Below are positions 50,984-62,564 of a stretch of DNA of 64,000 nt, piece after piece. This stretch comes from Paraspadella gotoi (Eukaryota > Animalia > Chaetognatha), in contig CM119268.1 of NCBI GenBank assembly GCA_051294375.1, positions 22,030,010 through 22,094,009 of the forward strand, written 5' to 3'. The notes beneath the pieces were generated by a model. The model did not search any database. It worked only from the letters and a program-made list of their open reading frames with translations, and was not told the DNA's origin. Each line of letters begins with the position of its first letter. Within the stretch, counting starts at the first letter, position 1. The position numbers and the translations under genes were made by a program.

Positions 50984-52137
50984 CCGGTGACATACTTTTT
51001 GGAGTGATCACAGAAAGACTAGCCGACTAATGTTTGACCAGGACGAGCTCATCTGCCGGACAACAAATCTCTCACGGAGTCCGAGATCGATCCCGGTCCA
51101 CGAGAGGTGATTCAAGAATCCTTGCCTGCAAGCAAGGCCTTCGCCGATCAATTTTTGAATGTTAATGCGTCGAAAGACGATGCCGGCCCCACCGAACGGG
51201 CGGCTGAAGATTTAACTGAACCAATTGTCTATGGTATGGGAGATGATCGCCTCTTCGCCCCGTCTTTCGTCTGTTCACCAGAGAAACAACAGATGTATCG
51301 TAACATTCGACGCGCGTGGGAACGGATTGCAATGCGCCGTGGGTGGACACACCAGCAGTTCTGGCAGTTTATTGGTCTTATAAAACTCTGGAGAAAGGCC
51401 TGATGTACTTTATAAACTCGCTCGTCGCGTTTTTTCTTGGGAGCAGTTCACTGTCCCTTACGATGCATCCGGTCGGGCCCTCAAATTCGTTGCTGGACAG
51501 AGTGACGGACGCCGAGAAAGTCTCTAAATTCTGTTCACCGGGACCAAGACTTCTCATTCAAATTTTCAACAGAGGTTCAATACGTGGGCCAGTCTCCAGA
51601 AAGGCCTGCACTCTCGAGAAAGTCAGAAACAGTCTTCTGCCTTGCCAAACCCTTTTGATGATATCTCTTGGAAAGAATTGGAGGAGAAGATTGGGAAAAG
51701 TTGAAAAAGGAAGCGGTGAGGCACGAAGCCATAAATGGAGATTAAAAGAAGAGAAACGCTTAAGATTGAAAAGAATTACAATGAAGAAATTCAACGTCAA
51801 CTGGAGGCTGGAAATGAAAATAGAGGTTATAAGAAAAGATGCTGACCAAAAAATTGAACAAATTACAAAGACTCTGGAGTTCAAAGCTTCAGTAAAGAAA
51901 AGACCCGGCGCGGACGACACAGTTTTTGCTTTGAAAAGGAGAGGAAACAAGTCCATCTTCTCAAAGTCATGAATTTAGAAAAGAATAAAATTATTCAAGA
52001 GATCTCGTTCACCACACCATTGCATCGTTCAGTCAATTTTGAATCACGAGAATCGGCTTTTGGTTGGTCTCAGTTTGGGAAACAAGCCGATGTCCTGCCT
52101 CGTGACGGGATTTCCAGATTCGCGACCTCTTCGTTCA
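50984..52137 (+). pseudogene. Long frameshifted ORF within the repeat unit: Trp-rich domain followed by a coiled coil
   Basis: Consensus with 34490-35123, 37480-38245 (inverted) and 38963-39501 gives …EVIQESLPASKAFADQFLNV…GDDRLFAPSFVCSPEKQQMYRNIRRAWERIAMRRGWTHQQFW…WRKPDVLYKLARRVFSWEQF…EEIQRQLEAEMKIEVIRKDADQKIEQI…LEKERKQVHLLKDELEKN. The 3' end is visible only at 39330-39501. Confidence 0.5.
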
Positions 52138-52532
52138 GCTCGGCTCCAGGCAGTAATATCTCAGGAGAGTTAATCTCGTTGCTATTTTGTCAACAGTGGT
52201 GATAGAAAAGTTCTTTAGTCACTCCTGAGATACTAGCGCCTGGAGAGACTCTTGTGACTTTTTAGAAGAATTATTAGCCATTTTGTAAAGAACAGAAGCC
52301 GGAGCAGAAACGTTAGTATTAAGTGAAATGATATAGGGTTTTTAATGTTTGCTATCTTTACCTTTTTGATGATCTAACTTAGATTCTAAGATTATCAAAA
52401 GCTTGTGATCAATTGGATACTTAATATAAGGCTTTGCCTTTGGTTTAATGATCCTGTTCATAATCATCTGCCAGGGCTGCAAGAGCAAAGCGCAGGGCTA
52501 ATAGTAATTGAAAACATTTCCCTTAACATGTA

Positions 52533-53737
52533 CAGTAGCATCCGTCTAGAATTTCTGAGACGGCAAGCTCTGTCACTCGAGTACAAATGATAATTTGAAA
52601 GAGAGCTTTTGTCTTGATATCGAGTACACATATGGCTACTCCCCCTTCGGTAAGCCATTGCTCTACGACCAATTTTGGGACATCAGAAGTTATTGTAAAA
52701 AGAAACTTCAGCCAGATTTGATCCTGAAACCTTTTCTTAACGTTTAAATCCGGCGCGCTACGCACTCGGCCAAATGATTTTCAAAAAAATTTCGTTCAGA
52801 ATAAATTATATAAAGCTGTAGGTTTGCTTTTAATTTTTTTTGGGAATCAAAAAATTCCTTAATGTTAACATGCGTTCGGCCAAATCGTCTTCTGGTTATC
52901 TTGTTGGTCTCCGTTTCATAATTTGGCAAGACTTGAGATAAATACAGAAGGCTTCAAATTATAAAATTAGAGACTCCTTTTTTGTTACCAGAACTCGTTC
53001 CAAGAAAACTACTACACCACAATTATTGAAATTTGGTATGAATGATTTCGATGTAAGACACGATGAAAGTTAGCATGGTGCAGTGTATGCAGCCATAAAA
53101 AAAATTTGTGTTTGAAATCGTTCTCTGTGAATAGGTTATAAGAAACATTGTATTGGCGTTCACTGTGGCCAATGTGGGCATCGCCATAGAGGCAGGACGG
53201 CTCAACGTCCGACGGTAGAGATTTTGACATCGAGTTTTCTCGTTGTTAAGCCGCTATGTCAAACATTTTCCCGTTGATTTTAAAAGTTGTTTTAACCTTT
53301 GTTTATTGTGAAACAACTGAAACTGTTTTTTACATCGTCGCTTATTGTATCAATATTAATAAATAGGGCTAACGATTGAGAGAATGAAAGAATGAAATCA
53401 TTTATAAAAAGGAATAAAGTTTTTGGTTGGCATAAAAAAAAGAAAAAAAACCAATATTTATATTAGGGTTTTTGAAAATTTTTTTTTAAATAACGAAATG
53501 GCCGAGCGGTTAAACTAAGACTTTGGCGCGGAAAGAAATTAGAAGGATTCGAATCCCACTCAAAGTAAAATTTTACAATAAACTGCTATGTCCCAAAGTA
53601 GTCGTAGAGCAATGGCTTACCGAAGGGGGAGTAGCCATATGAGTACTCGATAACAAGACAAAAACTCGCTTTCGAATTATCATTTGTATTCGAGTTACAG
53701 AGCTTGCCGTCTCAGAAATTCTAGACGGATGCTACTG
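52533..53737. mobile_element. Non-autonomous Tc1/mariner-like DNA transposon (1205 bp)
   Basis: ~170-bp imperfect TIRs begin CAGTAGCATCCGTCTAGAATTTCTGAGACGGCAAGCTCTG. The TA TSD lies at 52531-2 and 53738-9. The empty site 'aacatgTAtaaaattg' is visible at ~31585-31600. Confidence 0.9.
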
Positions 53738-54027
53738 TATAAAATTGATACAATTGATATAAACATTCCTTCACGCCATGCTTCATAATCGTCATGTCAA
53801 TCATCTTTCCATGCCTTTTCTCTCATGCGGATAACGCCGTCAATCCCTTCCACGTGAGTTCATCTTTTGTTCTCCTTTTTAATTTCCAATCTTTTCTTAC
53901 TCCCCTTCATCATCTTCTTCCTCCCCTTCGTCATCTTCTTCCTCCTTTCTCTCCCTCCCTCATTTCCCTGTACTCTCTCCTCTTCTTTCCTCTTTCTCCC
54001 TCTCTCTCCCTTCTTTCTCCCCAACAT

Positions 54028-54998
54028 TAGGGCGTTGAAAAATAACGAAATATAACAAATCAAGTGAGGGTACATAGCTATTTTGGTGTAATAAAGTATG
54101 TAGAATTCGATGATGATAACTATTTTTTTGTATAGTCTCATCTTCTTTGTCGGAAATGGCGATTTTTGCATTATATAAGGTGCTATTAAAATGGAGCAAA
54201 CATTGTAGAGTATAGGAAACTCAAATTATTAAGATTTTATAAAAGCCATATTTAACTTACATAATATGAAAATAAAGACCCATATAAATATTTTGGTAAG
54301 TTTATTTACAAATTTTATATTTTAATAATAGTTTACTTAGCTATATTTATTAATAAATAAAAATAAAAAATAAGCTAAAGTAAAAAATTAAAAAAATAAA
54401 AATTTTTAAACCGGATTTGAATTTCTTACAAAAAGTTGATATAAGAAAGTATAATCCATTTTTAAAAATTCTTTCATTAAGTAGGTTAAAAAATATTAAA
54501 AACTATTATTTTTGTTTAATTTTTAAATTTTTGGCTTAAAATTATAGTTTTTCTGAATTTTGACTAACTTAATGATATAATTTTGATATAAAAAATATAT
54601 TTTCTTATATCAACTTTTTGAAAACAATGCAAATCTATGAAAAAAATTTTAAAATTATTATTTTTTCACTTTAACCTAATTTTTACTCATAATTATTAAT
54701 AAATATAGTTAACTAACTTTTTATAAAACATAAAATTTAGAAATAAACTTACCAAAATATTTTTATAAGTCTTTATTTTTATGTTTCAAAAGCTTTTAAT
54801 AATTTGATTTATCATAACTAAAAATGGTTTTGCTATTTTATAACAATTTTATATACATTAAAAACCGTCATTTCCGACAAAAAAGATAAAATTATACAAA
54901 AAAATGGTCATCACCATCGAATTCTACAGACTACATTACACTAAAATAGCTATGTACCTCACTTGATTTGTTATATTTTGTTATTTCTCAACGCTCTA
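54028..54998. mobile_element. hAT-like foldback MITE (971 bp)
   Basis: Termini TAGGGCGTTG…CAACGCTCTA with an 8-bp TSD CCCAACAT (54020-27, 54999-55006). The ~420-bp imperfect inverted arms flank a short spacer. The empty site 'ttctccccaacattcctcc' is at ~35207-35223. Confidence 0.88.
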
Positions 54999-56512
54999 CC
55001 CAACATTCCCTCCCTCCTCTCCTTCTCCCTCCCTCTCTAACTTCCTCGCTCGCATCTTTTTTCTCCTTTCCCTCCCTCTCTGTCCCTCTCTCCCTGCCTT
55101 CCTTCCTACTCTTCTCTCTCTTCTCCCTCCCTCCCTCTCTTAGGAGTCTACGTCGTTCTTAGAGATCGAGGAAGACTTTTTCAATGGAGATTTCAAATCT
55201 GACTACCAAACAATATAAACGCTCCTGGTAAAAATTCTGGTAAAATATCGATGTAAAAACACTTGATTCCGATCCTGTTGCATCTGAAGGGCTCGCATTT
55301 TTTTTCTCTTGTCAAATCATCAACATCTTGATATCAAACAAGCCAGAACAAATAGACTGCTTCTGGACGGAAAAATTTTCCATCTCTGATTTTATATAGA
55401 AATGAAAGGGATTTTTTTCCTTGAAAACGATATAAACGTGACTGAGATATGTTCCTGTTCAACAAATGGGGTCCAAACTTGGAATCCTTTGGCAAAGTGT
55501 CCCAAGGGCTCTCAAAATTTTTCTTTATATTTTAGGTTATTTTGATATGATACGATCATGGTAAAGTGAATTAGTCCATTTTGGTGAAATTTTTATTTAA
55601 AGTAAAAGTAAAAGAGGAGCTAACGATCGGAATTCTAAGAGTTTTCAACCGGGAGTCAGATTCGGAAAAAATCTTCTATGGCGAAAATCTTCCAAAGAAG
55701 GGGTGGATTTTCCGAAGATTTTGGTTAATATTTTCTATATTTATAGTCGGATTTTTTTGAAACTTAATATTAACAATATTGCCATTATTCTACCTTGTCC
55801 GGTATAAGAATATATTAAAAAAACCTCGGGCTTTGTTCGTTAGAGCTTAGTCCTACCTCTCTCCCTCCCTCTTCTCCTCCCTCCTCTCCCTCTCTCCCTC
55901 CCTCTCTCCCTCCTTCCTTCAACCCCAAATGCAGAAAGGAAATTCCTTTTCAACGACGAATTTCGAGAATCGGATTTTGAAAGAGAAAAGTTTTTGCTGG
56001 ATTCGACGGAGGAAGATTTATGGCTTTGAATCTAAGGGCGGGGGGGAGAGAGAGGGAAGAAAGGGGGAGAAAGTTGAGAGGGAAATAGGAAGGAAAGAAA
56101 AGAGGGAGAGGGAGAGAGAAAATGAAGAGTCAGGAACCGTGAGAAAGGAAACGGGGAAGAAAAAAAAGAAGAAGTAAAGGAGAGAAAAAAGGGGAGGTAG
56201 AAAAAAGTAGGAAGATAAAAAGAGAAATGGAGGGAGAAAGGGATGAAAAGCTGAAAGGAGTTGTGGTAAAAAGGCTTAATATATATAATATAATAATATA
56301 TCGTTATATATATAAAGGGAAGCAGGACAGAAAAGAAAGAAAGAGGGAAGACGGGTCTAAGGAAAAAAGAAAAGAAAAGAAGAGGAAAAGGAAAGAAGAA
56401 GAGAAAAGAGAAAGAAGAGACATAGACTTGGCAATCGAAAAAGGACAAAAGAACAAAACTAAAACCTTTACGCCATCTCCAGCGTAGTGAAAATATTTTC
56501 CCTTTGCTAAAA

Positions 56513-57233
56513 CGGCACTATTTTCAGAAAGCGCCCCATTTCTGTTTCAAAACTTTATTTGAACTGTAATCAATCACTCTAATCCTTAACCTTAATTCCT
56601 AAGCTCGTCTCCTAACCGTAAACCGTAAACCTCATCGCTAACAAAAATTTGAACTATTTTCTGGACCAAATCCATAACCATAATCACAAGCATATTCACT
56701 ATCCGTATCCATCTTAAATATATTTTATATTTAAAACCAAATTTGATTCTAAATTTAAGCTTAAATATTATGCTTTTGTGGGTTTTTTTATGGAACAAAA
56801 TACAAAGCGAATAAGAATCTGAATTTGAAAGATTTAAACTCATTTTGATTCTCAAATTGTCGGTGATGGGAGCCAAATGTTTTGTGTTGTGAAGTCAAAA
56901 GAAAAAACAATTTTGTTAATGTGTATCCAAATTAATTCTAAACAAAAAGAATAGGGCTTTAATTTTCTAGAATACTTTATTTCATCTTAAATTTGAATAT
57001 AGTTAAGTTATAGGATTAAAGATTAGGTTAAATGTTAATCTTAAGGGTTAAGGATTAAGTCATTGACTAGAGTTAAGGATTAAGGTAAGGGACTTAAGTT
57101 TAGGTTTATGGTTAAAGATTAGAGTTTAAGATAGTTTAGAGGATTAGAGTTATAAACTGGGTTATAGATTTGGTAATAGATTAGGGTTGAATATTAAGGA
57201 ACAAGAATAGGGCGCTTTTGGAAAAGAGAGCCA
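56513..57233. mobile_element. Degenerate members of the same CGG..CCG / CCTAAC MITE family, in opposite orientations
   Basis: cggcactattttcagaaagcgccccatttctgtt at 56513 is followed by cctaac-like repeats. ttaggg-like repeats end in gaatagggcgcttttggaaaagagagcc at 57232. Related ends occur at ~12060-12090, ~24490-24520 and ~59958-59990. Confidence 0.6.
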
Positions 57234-57662
57234 AGAACCTAAATAAAAAACATTTGCAACTCAAAGTCTTGGCTTTTGAAGGATTTCATTAAAAAAACAA
57301 CTTCAAAACAAAAACATGTTTCGAATTCGTTGTTTTGTTTTGGTTCTTTTATCAGCGAGACGGCTTTTTTTTTTTGAGCTTATACAAGAGAATAAGATAC
57401 TTGAAAACGACAAGCAAAAAAGTAGCGTAAGTAAAACTATAAAAGATTCATATTTAAAAAAACAAACTATTTTCAACTTACCAAATTTAGGGATTCGTGA
57501 AGGCGTCTCTATTTCTTCCGCTTCTTTCTCTCTGTCTCACTCTTCGTCTTTGACTTTTTTTTTTCTTCTTTTTTTTTTCTTTTAATCCAAAAATACTTTT
57601 TTCTTCCTTCTGTTCTTTTGTTTTTTTTTCTCCCTTCGGGTCGACGTCGCGTGTTCTGCCCT

Positions 57663-57769
57663 CTAACGGAGAAGTCGAAAATAAACGCGGGATTCTTGGT
57701 CGAATGTTTTTTGGTTCGGGAGTTTGCGTGGAGGAGGAAGAGGAGGAGGAGGAGGAAGTGTGTACGTAT
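57663..57769 (-). other. Possible isolated exon
   Basis: A strong acceptor (ttttttcatttcag) precedes a GC-richer unique stretch. The frame is ambiguous ((D)TYTLPPPPPLPPPRKLPNQKTFDQESRVYFRLLR* or YVHTSSS…), and no partner exons were confidently found. Confidence 0.25.
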
Positions 57770-58316
57770 CTGAAATGAAAAAAGAGAGACGATGTTGTAA
57801 CATGATGGAAGGGAGGAAGAGATGGACGAAGGGAGAAAGGAAAGAAGGAAAGGGAAGGGAGGAAGAGATGGAAGAAGGGAGAAAGGAAAGAAGAAAAGGG
57901 AAGGGAGGAAGAGATGGAATAAGGGAGGAAGAGAAGACAGAAAAGGAAGGGAGTAAGAGATGAAAGAAGGGAGAAAGGAAAGAAGGAAAGGGAAGGGAGG
58001 AAGAAATGGAAAGAAGGAGAAAGGAAAGAAGGAAAGGGAAGGGAGGAAGAGATGAAAGAAGGGAGAAAGAAAAGAAGAAAAGGGAAAGGAAGAAGAAATG
58101 GAAGAAGGAAGAAAGGAAAGAAGGAAAGGAAATAAGAAGGAAACATACAAAAAAGAAAGAAAAAAAGAAAGAAATAAGGAAAGAGAGAAAGAAAGGAAGA
58201 AAGAAATAAAGAAAAAAAGAAAGAAAGGTAGAAAAAAAGAATGAAAGAAAAAAATAGAGGAAGAAAGGTACAAAGAAAGAAAGGAAAAAAGAAATAAAGA
58301 AAGAAAGAAAGAACGA

Positions 58317-58383
<67 letters not shown>

Positions 58384-58607
58384 TTAAGCAAAAAAAGAAG
58401 AAAATGAGACACGAAACAAAAAATAAAAAAAAGGAAAGAAGATTAAAGAAAAGATAAAAGAAAAGAACATTAATCTTGGATGAGCCAGAAAAAAAATTTT
58501 TGAAAAATAAAATCTGGTAAATAAAAAATAGTAAAGAAAAAAATGTGGTTTGCAATTTTATAGCGGAGCGGTTTTAATTCCGCTGAAGAAGCCATCTTAA
58601 TAGAGAC

Positions 58608-58660
<53 letters not shown>

Positions 58661-59493
58661 GGAGAGAGAGAGAGAGAGAGTGTGTGAGACAAAAGAAAGA
58701 CAATCTGATCTTGTGATCGGCTCACGGTTATTTCCCCCATAAAAACAACGAATTCTATCAACAGCAACAGCAAAGAAAAAGAAACAAAGAAAAGTAAAAG
58801 AGAATAAAAAGAAAGAGAAAAGAAAAAGAAGAAAAATAAAAGGAAAAGAGATAAAGAAATAAAAAAGAAAGGAAAATAAAGAAAAAGAGAAGAAAAAGAA
58901 AAGAAAAATAGAAGAAAAAGAAAAGAAAATAACGAAAAAGAAAAGAAAAAGAGAATTAAAAGAGATTAAAAGATAGGAAAATAAAGAAAAAAAGAAAAAA
59001 GAAAGAAAAAAGAAAAGAAAAAGAAAAGAAAAAGAAAACAAAAAAAAGAAAAACAAAAAAAAAAACAAAAGAAAAACAAAAGAAAAAAAGAAAAAGAAAA
59101 GAAAAAGAGGATGTAAATGAAAAAAATAAAAGTTAAACAGTTGGCAAAACATAATGAAAAACATTGAAATTTAAGAAAACAGAAAAAAAACAACAAACGA
59201 ATAAAAATTTATTATGCAAGCAAAACGAAAACCATAATAAAAAAAAATCATTAGCTAATTAAAGTCAAAAAACAGCGCAAATGGCATCGGGATCACATGG
59301 CGCCAAGAGATGCATCTTTTCCAATTTGCGATTCCATTTCCTGCTTGCTTATTTTTTTTTCGTCCCCACATGAATTGGCAAGCATAAAGCCTCGTTTACG
59401 AATTGTATAAGAAGATTCTTCTGCTTGATTATCTTCTTCAACTTTGTTGATATTTTTTATAAAGAGGAAAATAAAAGAAGGAAGATTAATCCT

Positions 59494-59726
59494 CGGTTCT
59501 TTTTTCCCAAAGCGCCCTATTTCTGTTCTTTTACGCCTGAACTTAATTTTAATTTTGATAATATTTTATCCCAATCTGTTTTAAAATATATTTTTTAATC
59601 CTTAACCCTAATCTTAAACTCCTAACCCAATCCTTAATCCCAACCTTTAACCCAATATTTAAAGCTAAAAAACTATTTAAATTGGGAATTTAAGATGAAA
59701 TTGGGCGCTTAGGGAAAATATAGCCG
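59494..59726. mobile_element. 233-bp MITE with CGG…CCG termini, 6-bp TSD and telomere-like (CCTAAC) interior
   Basis: TIRs cggttcttttttcccaaagcgccctattt / aaattgggcgcttagggaaaatatagccg. TSD AATCCT at 59488-93 and 59727-32. Confidence 0.8.
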
Positions 59727-60303
59727 AATCCTCTGTAAAAAAAAGGAAAAAAAAAAAAGAGAGAATATTGGTCGAATCTGCGGCGATGATTAAAATTCGC
59801 TCTACAATTGATGAGAGAATTAATTTTTTTGTTTTAGTTTTGTAATTTTTTAATTGAAAGATAAAATTAAAAACAAAAATGTCAACGACTTTTAGGAAAA
59901 TTTGCGATCTGTTGGATTATTTATTGTGTTCGTTTGTTTGTTTGTAGAAGAAAATATGGCTCTCTTTCCCGTTAGAGCCCCATTTCTGTTCGTTTTTTTT
60001 CTTCCAGAATTTAATTTTAACCCTAATATTTAATAATTATTTTTTTAATTTATCATTTAATTTGAACCGTAATATTTAATATTTCTCTTATTTATTTAGC
60101 TATTATTAAATTTATTCATTTACTAATTTATTTATCTATATATTTTTGGGTCTATGCAAATCAACTGTGGATTCAGGCGAAGAGATTTCTCCGTTTTGAG
60201 TCATGATGAAAAAACTTTGGCTCTGAAAGAATTTTTTTTTAGCGAAACTTCAGTTGGAAATAAGACGAATGGTTTCTTGAGAATCTCTGAGGGTGAAATG
60301 AGA

Positions 60304-60386
<83 letters not shown>

Positions 60387-60940
60387 CAAGAGAAACAAAA
60401 AGGGAAGAAAGAAAGAGTAGGATAACAATTTTAATGAATACTGTACGAACAATGTACGAACAGTGTACGTCCTTCTCAAAATTGTCTCATACTAATTTTA
60501 CCTCGAGAAGAAAAACAGATATGAAACAAAGAAAGAGGGAGAGAGAATGAAAGAGAGAGAGAGAGATAGAGAGATATATATATAGAGAGAGAGACAGAGA
60601 GATAGAGATATATATATAGAGAGCGAGACAGAGATAGAGAGATAGAGATAGATTTCCAAATTCATCTCTTTTCCCAAAAGAAAAGAATCTCCGAGAGAAA
60701 AAAAAATCTTCCGTATCAGATTTAAAAAAGTTAAAAAGCGACGACCCGGATGTAGGCGAGCGAGCACGCAACATATGAATCCTCGCTTTAATGAATGAAC
60801 AAATGAATGAATGAATGAATGAGTAAATGAATGATCATTCATTTTCAGTTGAAAAGGACCGAGTGACCAGAGCTTTTGTCTAGAGAACGATCCAATTATA
60901 GACACATATTATTTAATAAATTGGTACAACCAATATAAAA

Positions 60941-61000
60941 ATTATCCATTCATTTAATAAATAAGCTATCTTTCCCCTGACTTTGGACAGGCCTTCATCA
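60941..61000 (-). mobile_element. 3' fragment of the same SINE family
   Basis: Reverse complement of gatgaaggcct…gtccaaagtcaggggat/aaagatagcttatttattaaatgaatggataat seen at ~6008-6080. Confidence 0.65.
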
Positions 61001-61336
61001 CATCACTCAATATTATATACATGGCGACTATTACTTCACTTCTTTTTCCCGCAATGGATCGGGTCCCCGAATCAAAAATAGGCTTGGAGGTTTTCTAAGC
61101 CGCCGGGCCGGCTTGAACGCTTGCGGTCGTCTTCACAATTACCGGAGGGTAGGTTCACTGTTGGGATCTGATCCCTTTACCAAACTGTCCTTTAAGGGCA
61201 CTGTGCACTTTGCACTGTGCAATGCCCGCCACAATGTGACAAAAATTAAGATTAAAACATTTTTTTGTTTAAATTCGAATGCGAAGAAGACGAACGAAAC
61301 GGGTAAGTAAAGACGAGTTGAGGTGAGTAAAAGCAG

Positions 61337-61365
61337 ACGCCATCTTTGGAACCGGCGGCCATTTT
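61337..61365 (-). promoter_or_regulatory. Two YY1-like motifs (CGCCATCTT, GGCGGCCATTTT), a possible promoter-proximal region
   Basis: Match to the established YY1 consensus AAxATGGCxG on the minus strand, within a CpG-containing patch. No transcript evidence. Confidence 0.3.
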
Positions 61366-61539
61366 ATATTTTCATTTGATGAATTTTATTAATGTTAATA
61401 ATAATACACATTTCAATTTGTTTTCCTCTTTTTGTTTAAGTTGTTTCTTTGTTTTATTATTTTTTTCTCTCGATTCGATTTCATTCCTGACAAAAATCCG
61501 CGACGCCGGAGGAAGACATCTGGCGGTTAAGAAAGGCAA

Positions 61540-61580
<41 letters not shown>

Positions 61581-61702
61581 TACTTCTACAGGAGAAAATA
61601 GATTTGATTTTTGCACAAAAAATTCGTCATGCAAAGATTTTTGAGGGAGAGAAGACTCTTCGGTACAGATTCCATCAGGATGGAGAGAGAGAGAGAGATA
61701 GA

Positions 61703-61736
<34 letters not shown>

Positions 61737-61840
61737 AAGGAAGAGAGAAGAGAGAGAGAGGAAAAGAAGAGAAAAATTAGTTTTGTATTTTCAGTTTGAA
61801 CAAAAGAAAAATGAGAAACGGAGAATTCAGTCTCCCGGCA

Positions 61841-61932
<92 letters not shown>

Positions 61933-62564
61933 ATGAGACTTTGAGCAAACAGAAGAGCAAGCGAACCGCCGGAAAATGACGGCAACGACGACGACGACGA
62001 CGACGACGACGTAAAAAATGGGTTGAGAAGAAAACAATAAAAAATCTTTCGAAAAAGTGAATCTACTCTGTACACTGTACAGTATGGTTCGGTTGCTACA
62101 AAACTGCTCCGATCCAAAAAAATACGAAACTAAAGAAAGAACTATTTCGCCAAAAACACAGTAGGGTCTATTTATTTAAAAATGTTAAATAGTAATAAAA
62201 GTTACACAAATCGGTTGACTAGTAGTTTTCAGATTTCAGATCTGCTAAAAATTACATTTTGTTAGGAAGTTCTTCGACAGAATTTGCATATTATATTATA
62301 TAACATTATATATTATATTATATTATTTTAACCTTGTATCACTCAATTCGTATTTCGTGAGAAAAAAATTTACTACCTCCATTTTACCTATTTTACTTAT
62401 TTAAATTTATCTAATATTTGTGGAGCGCGCGCTGTGCTGTAAAGTACCGACATATTACAAAGTGTTGTAACTAGATTTCGCTGTAGATTTGTTATGATTA
62501 TAATTATACATAAGTTTGCGACGTTATAAGCGGGTTTTACTGGGCGTAGTTTTCGGGTTTAATA

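Larger units (their letters stand above)
27976..55060. repeat. Complex array of a ~6.5-kb gene-containing unit with deletion and inversion derivatives, partly assembly-redundant
   Basis: The module 'ctccaggcagtaatatctcaggagagttaatctcgttgctattttgtcaacagtggtgatagaaaagttctttagtcactc' recurs at ~27995, 29657, 31220, 31930, 35283, 41360, 44872, 47690, 48490 and 52143. Downstream modules recur in a fixed order. There is an inverted copy at 37480-38960. Confidence 0.9.

Noticed and set aside
53493-53565. Functional tRNA gene
   Set aside because: Only the A/B boxes are recognisable, with no convincing cloverleaf, and it lies inside a MITE. The same applies to 5902-5970.
47690-55060. LTR retrotransposon with A-C-D modules as LTRs
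   Set aside because: There are no TG..CA termini, PBS/PPT, TSD or gag/pol motifs, the internal ORFs contain introns, and module A recurs internally.
61100-61175. SRP (7SL) RNA, U11/U12 snRNA or telomerase RNA
   Set aside because: There is only superficial similarity (GCCGGGC start, AAAGGG, one CCCTTAAA). Diagnostic conserved motifs are missing.
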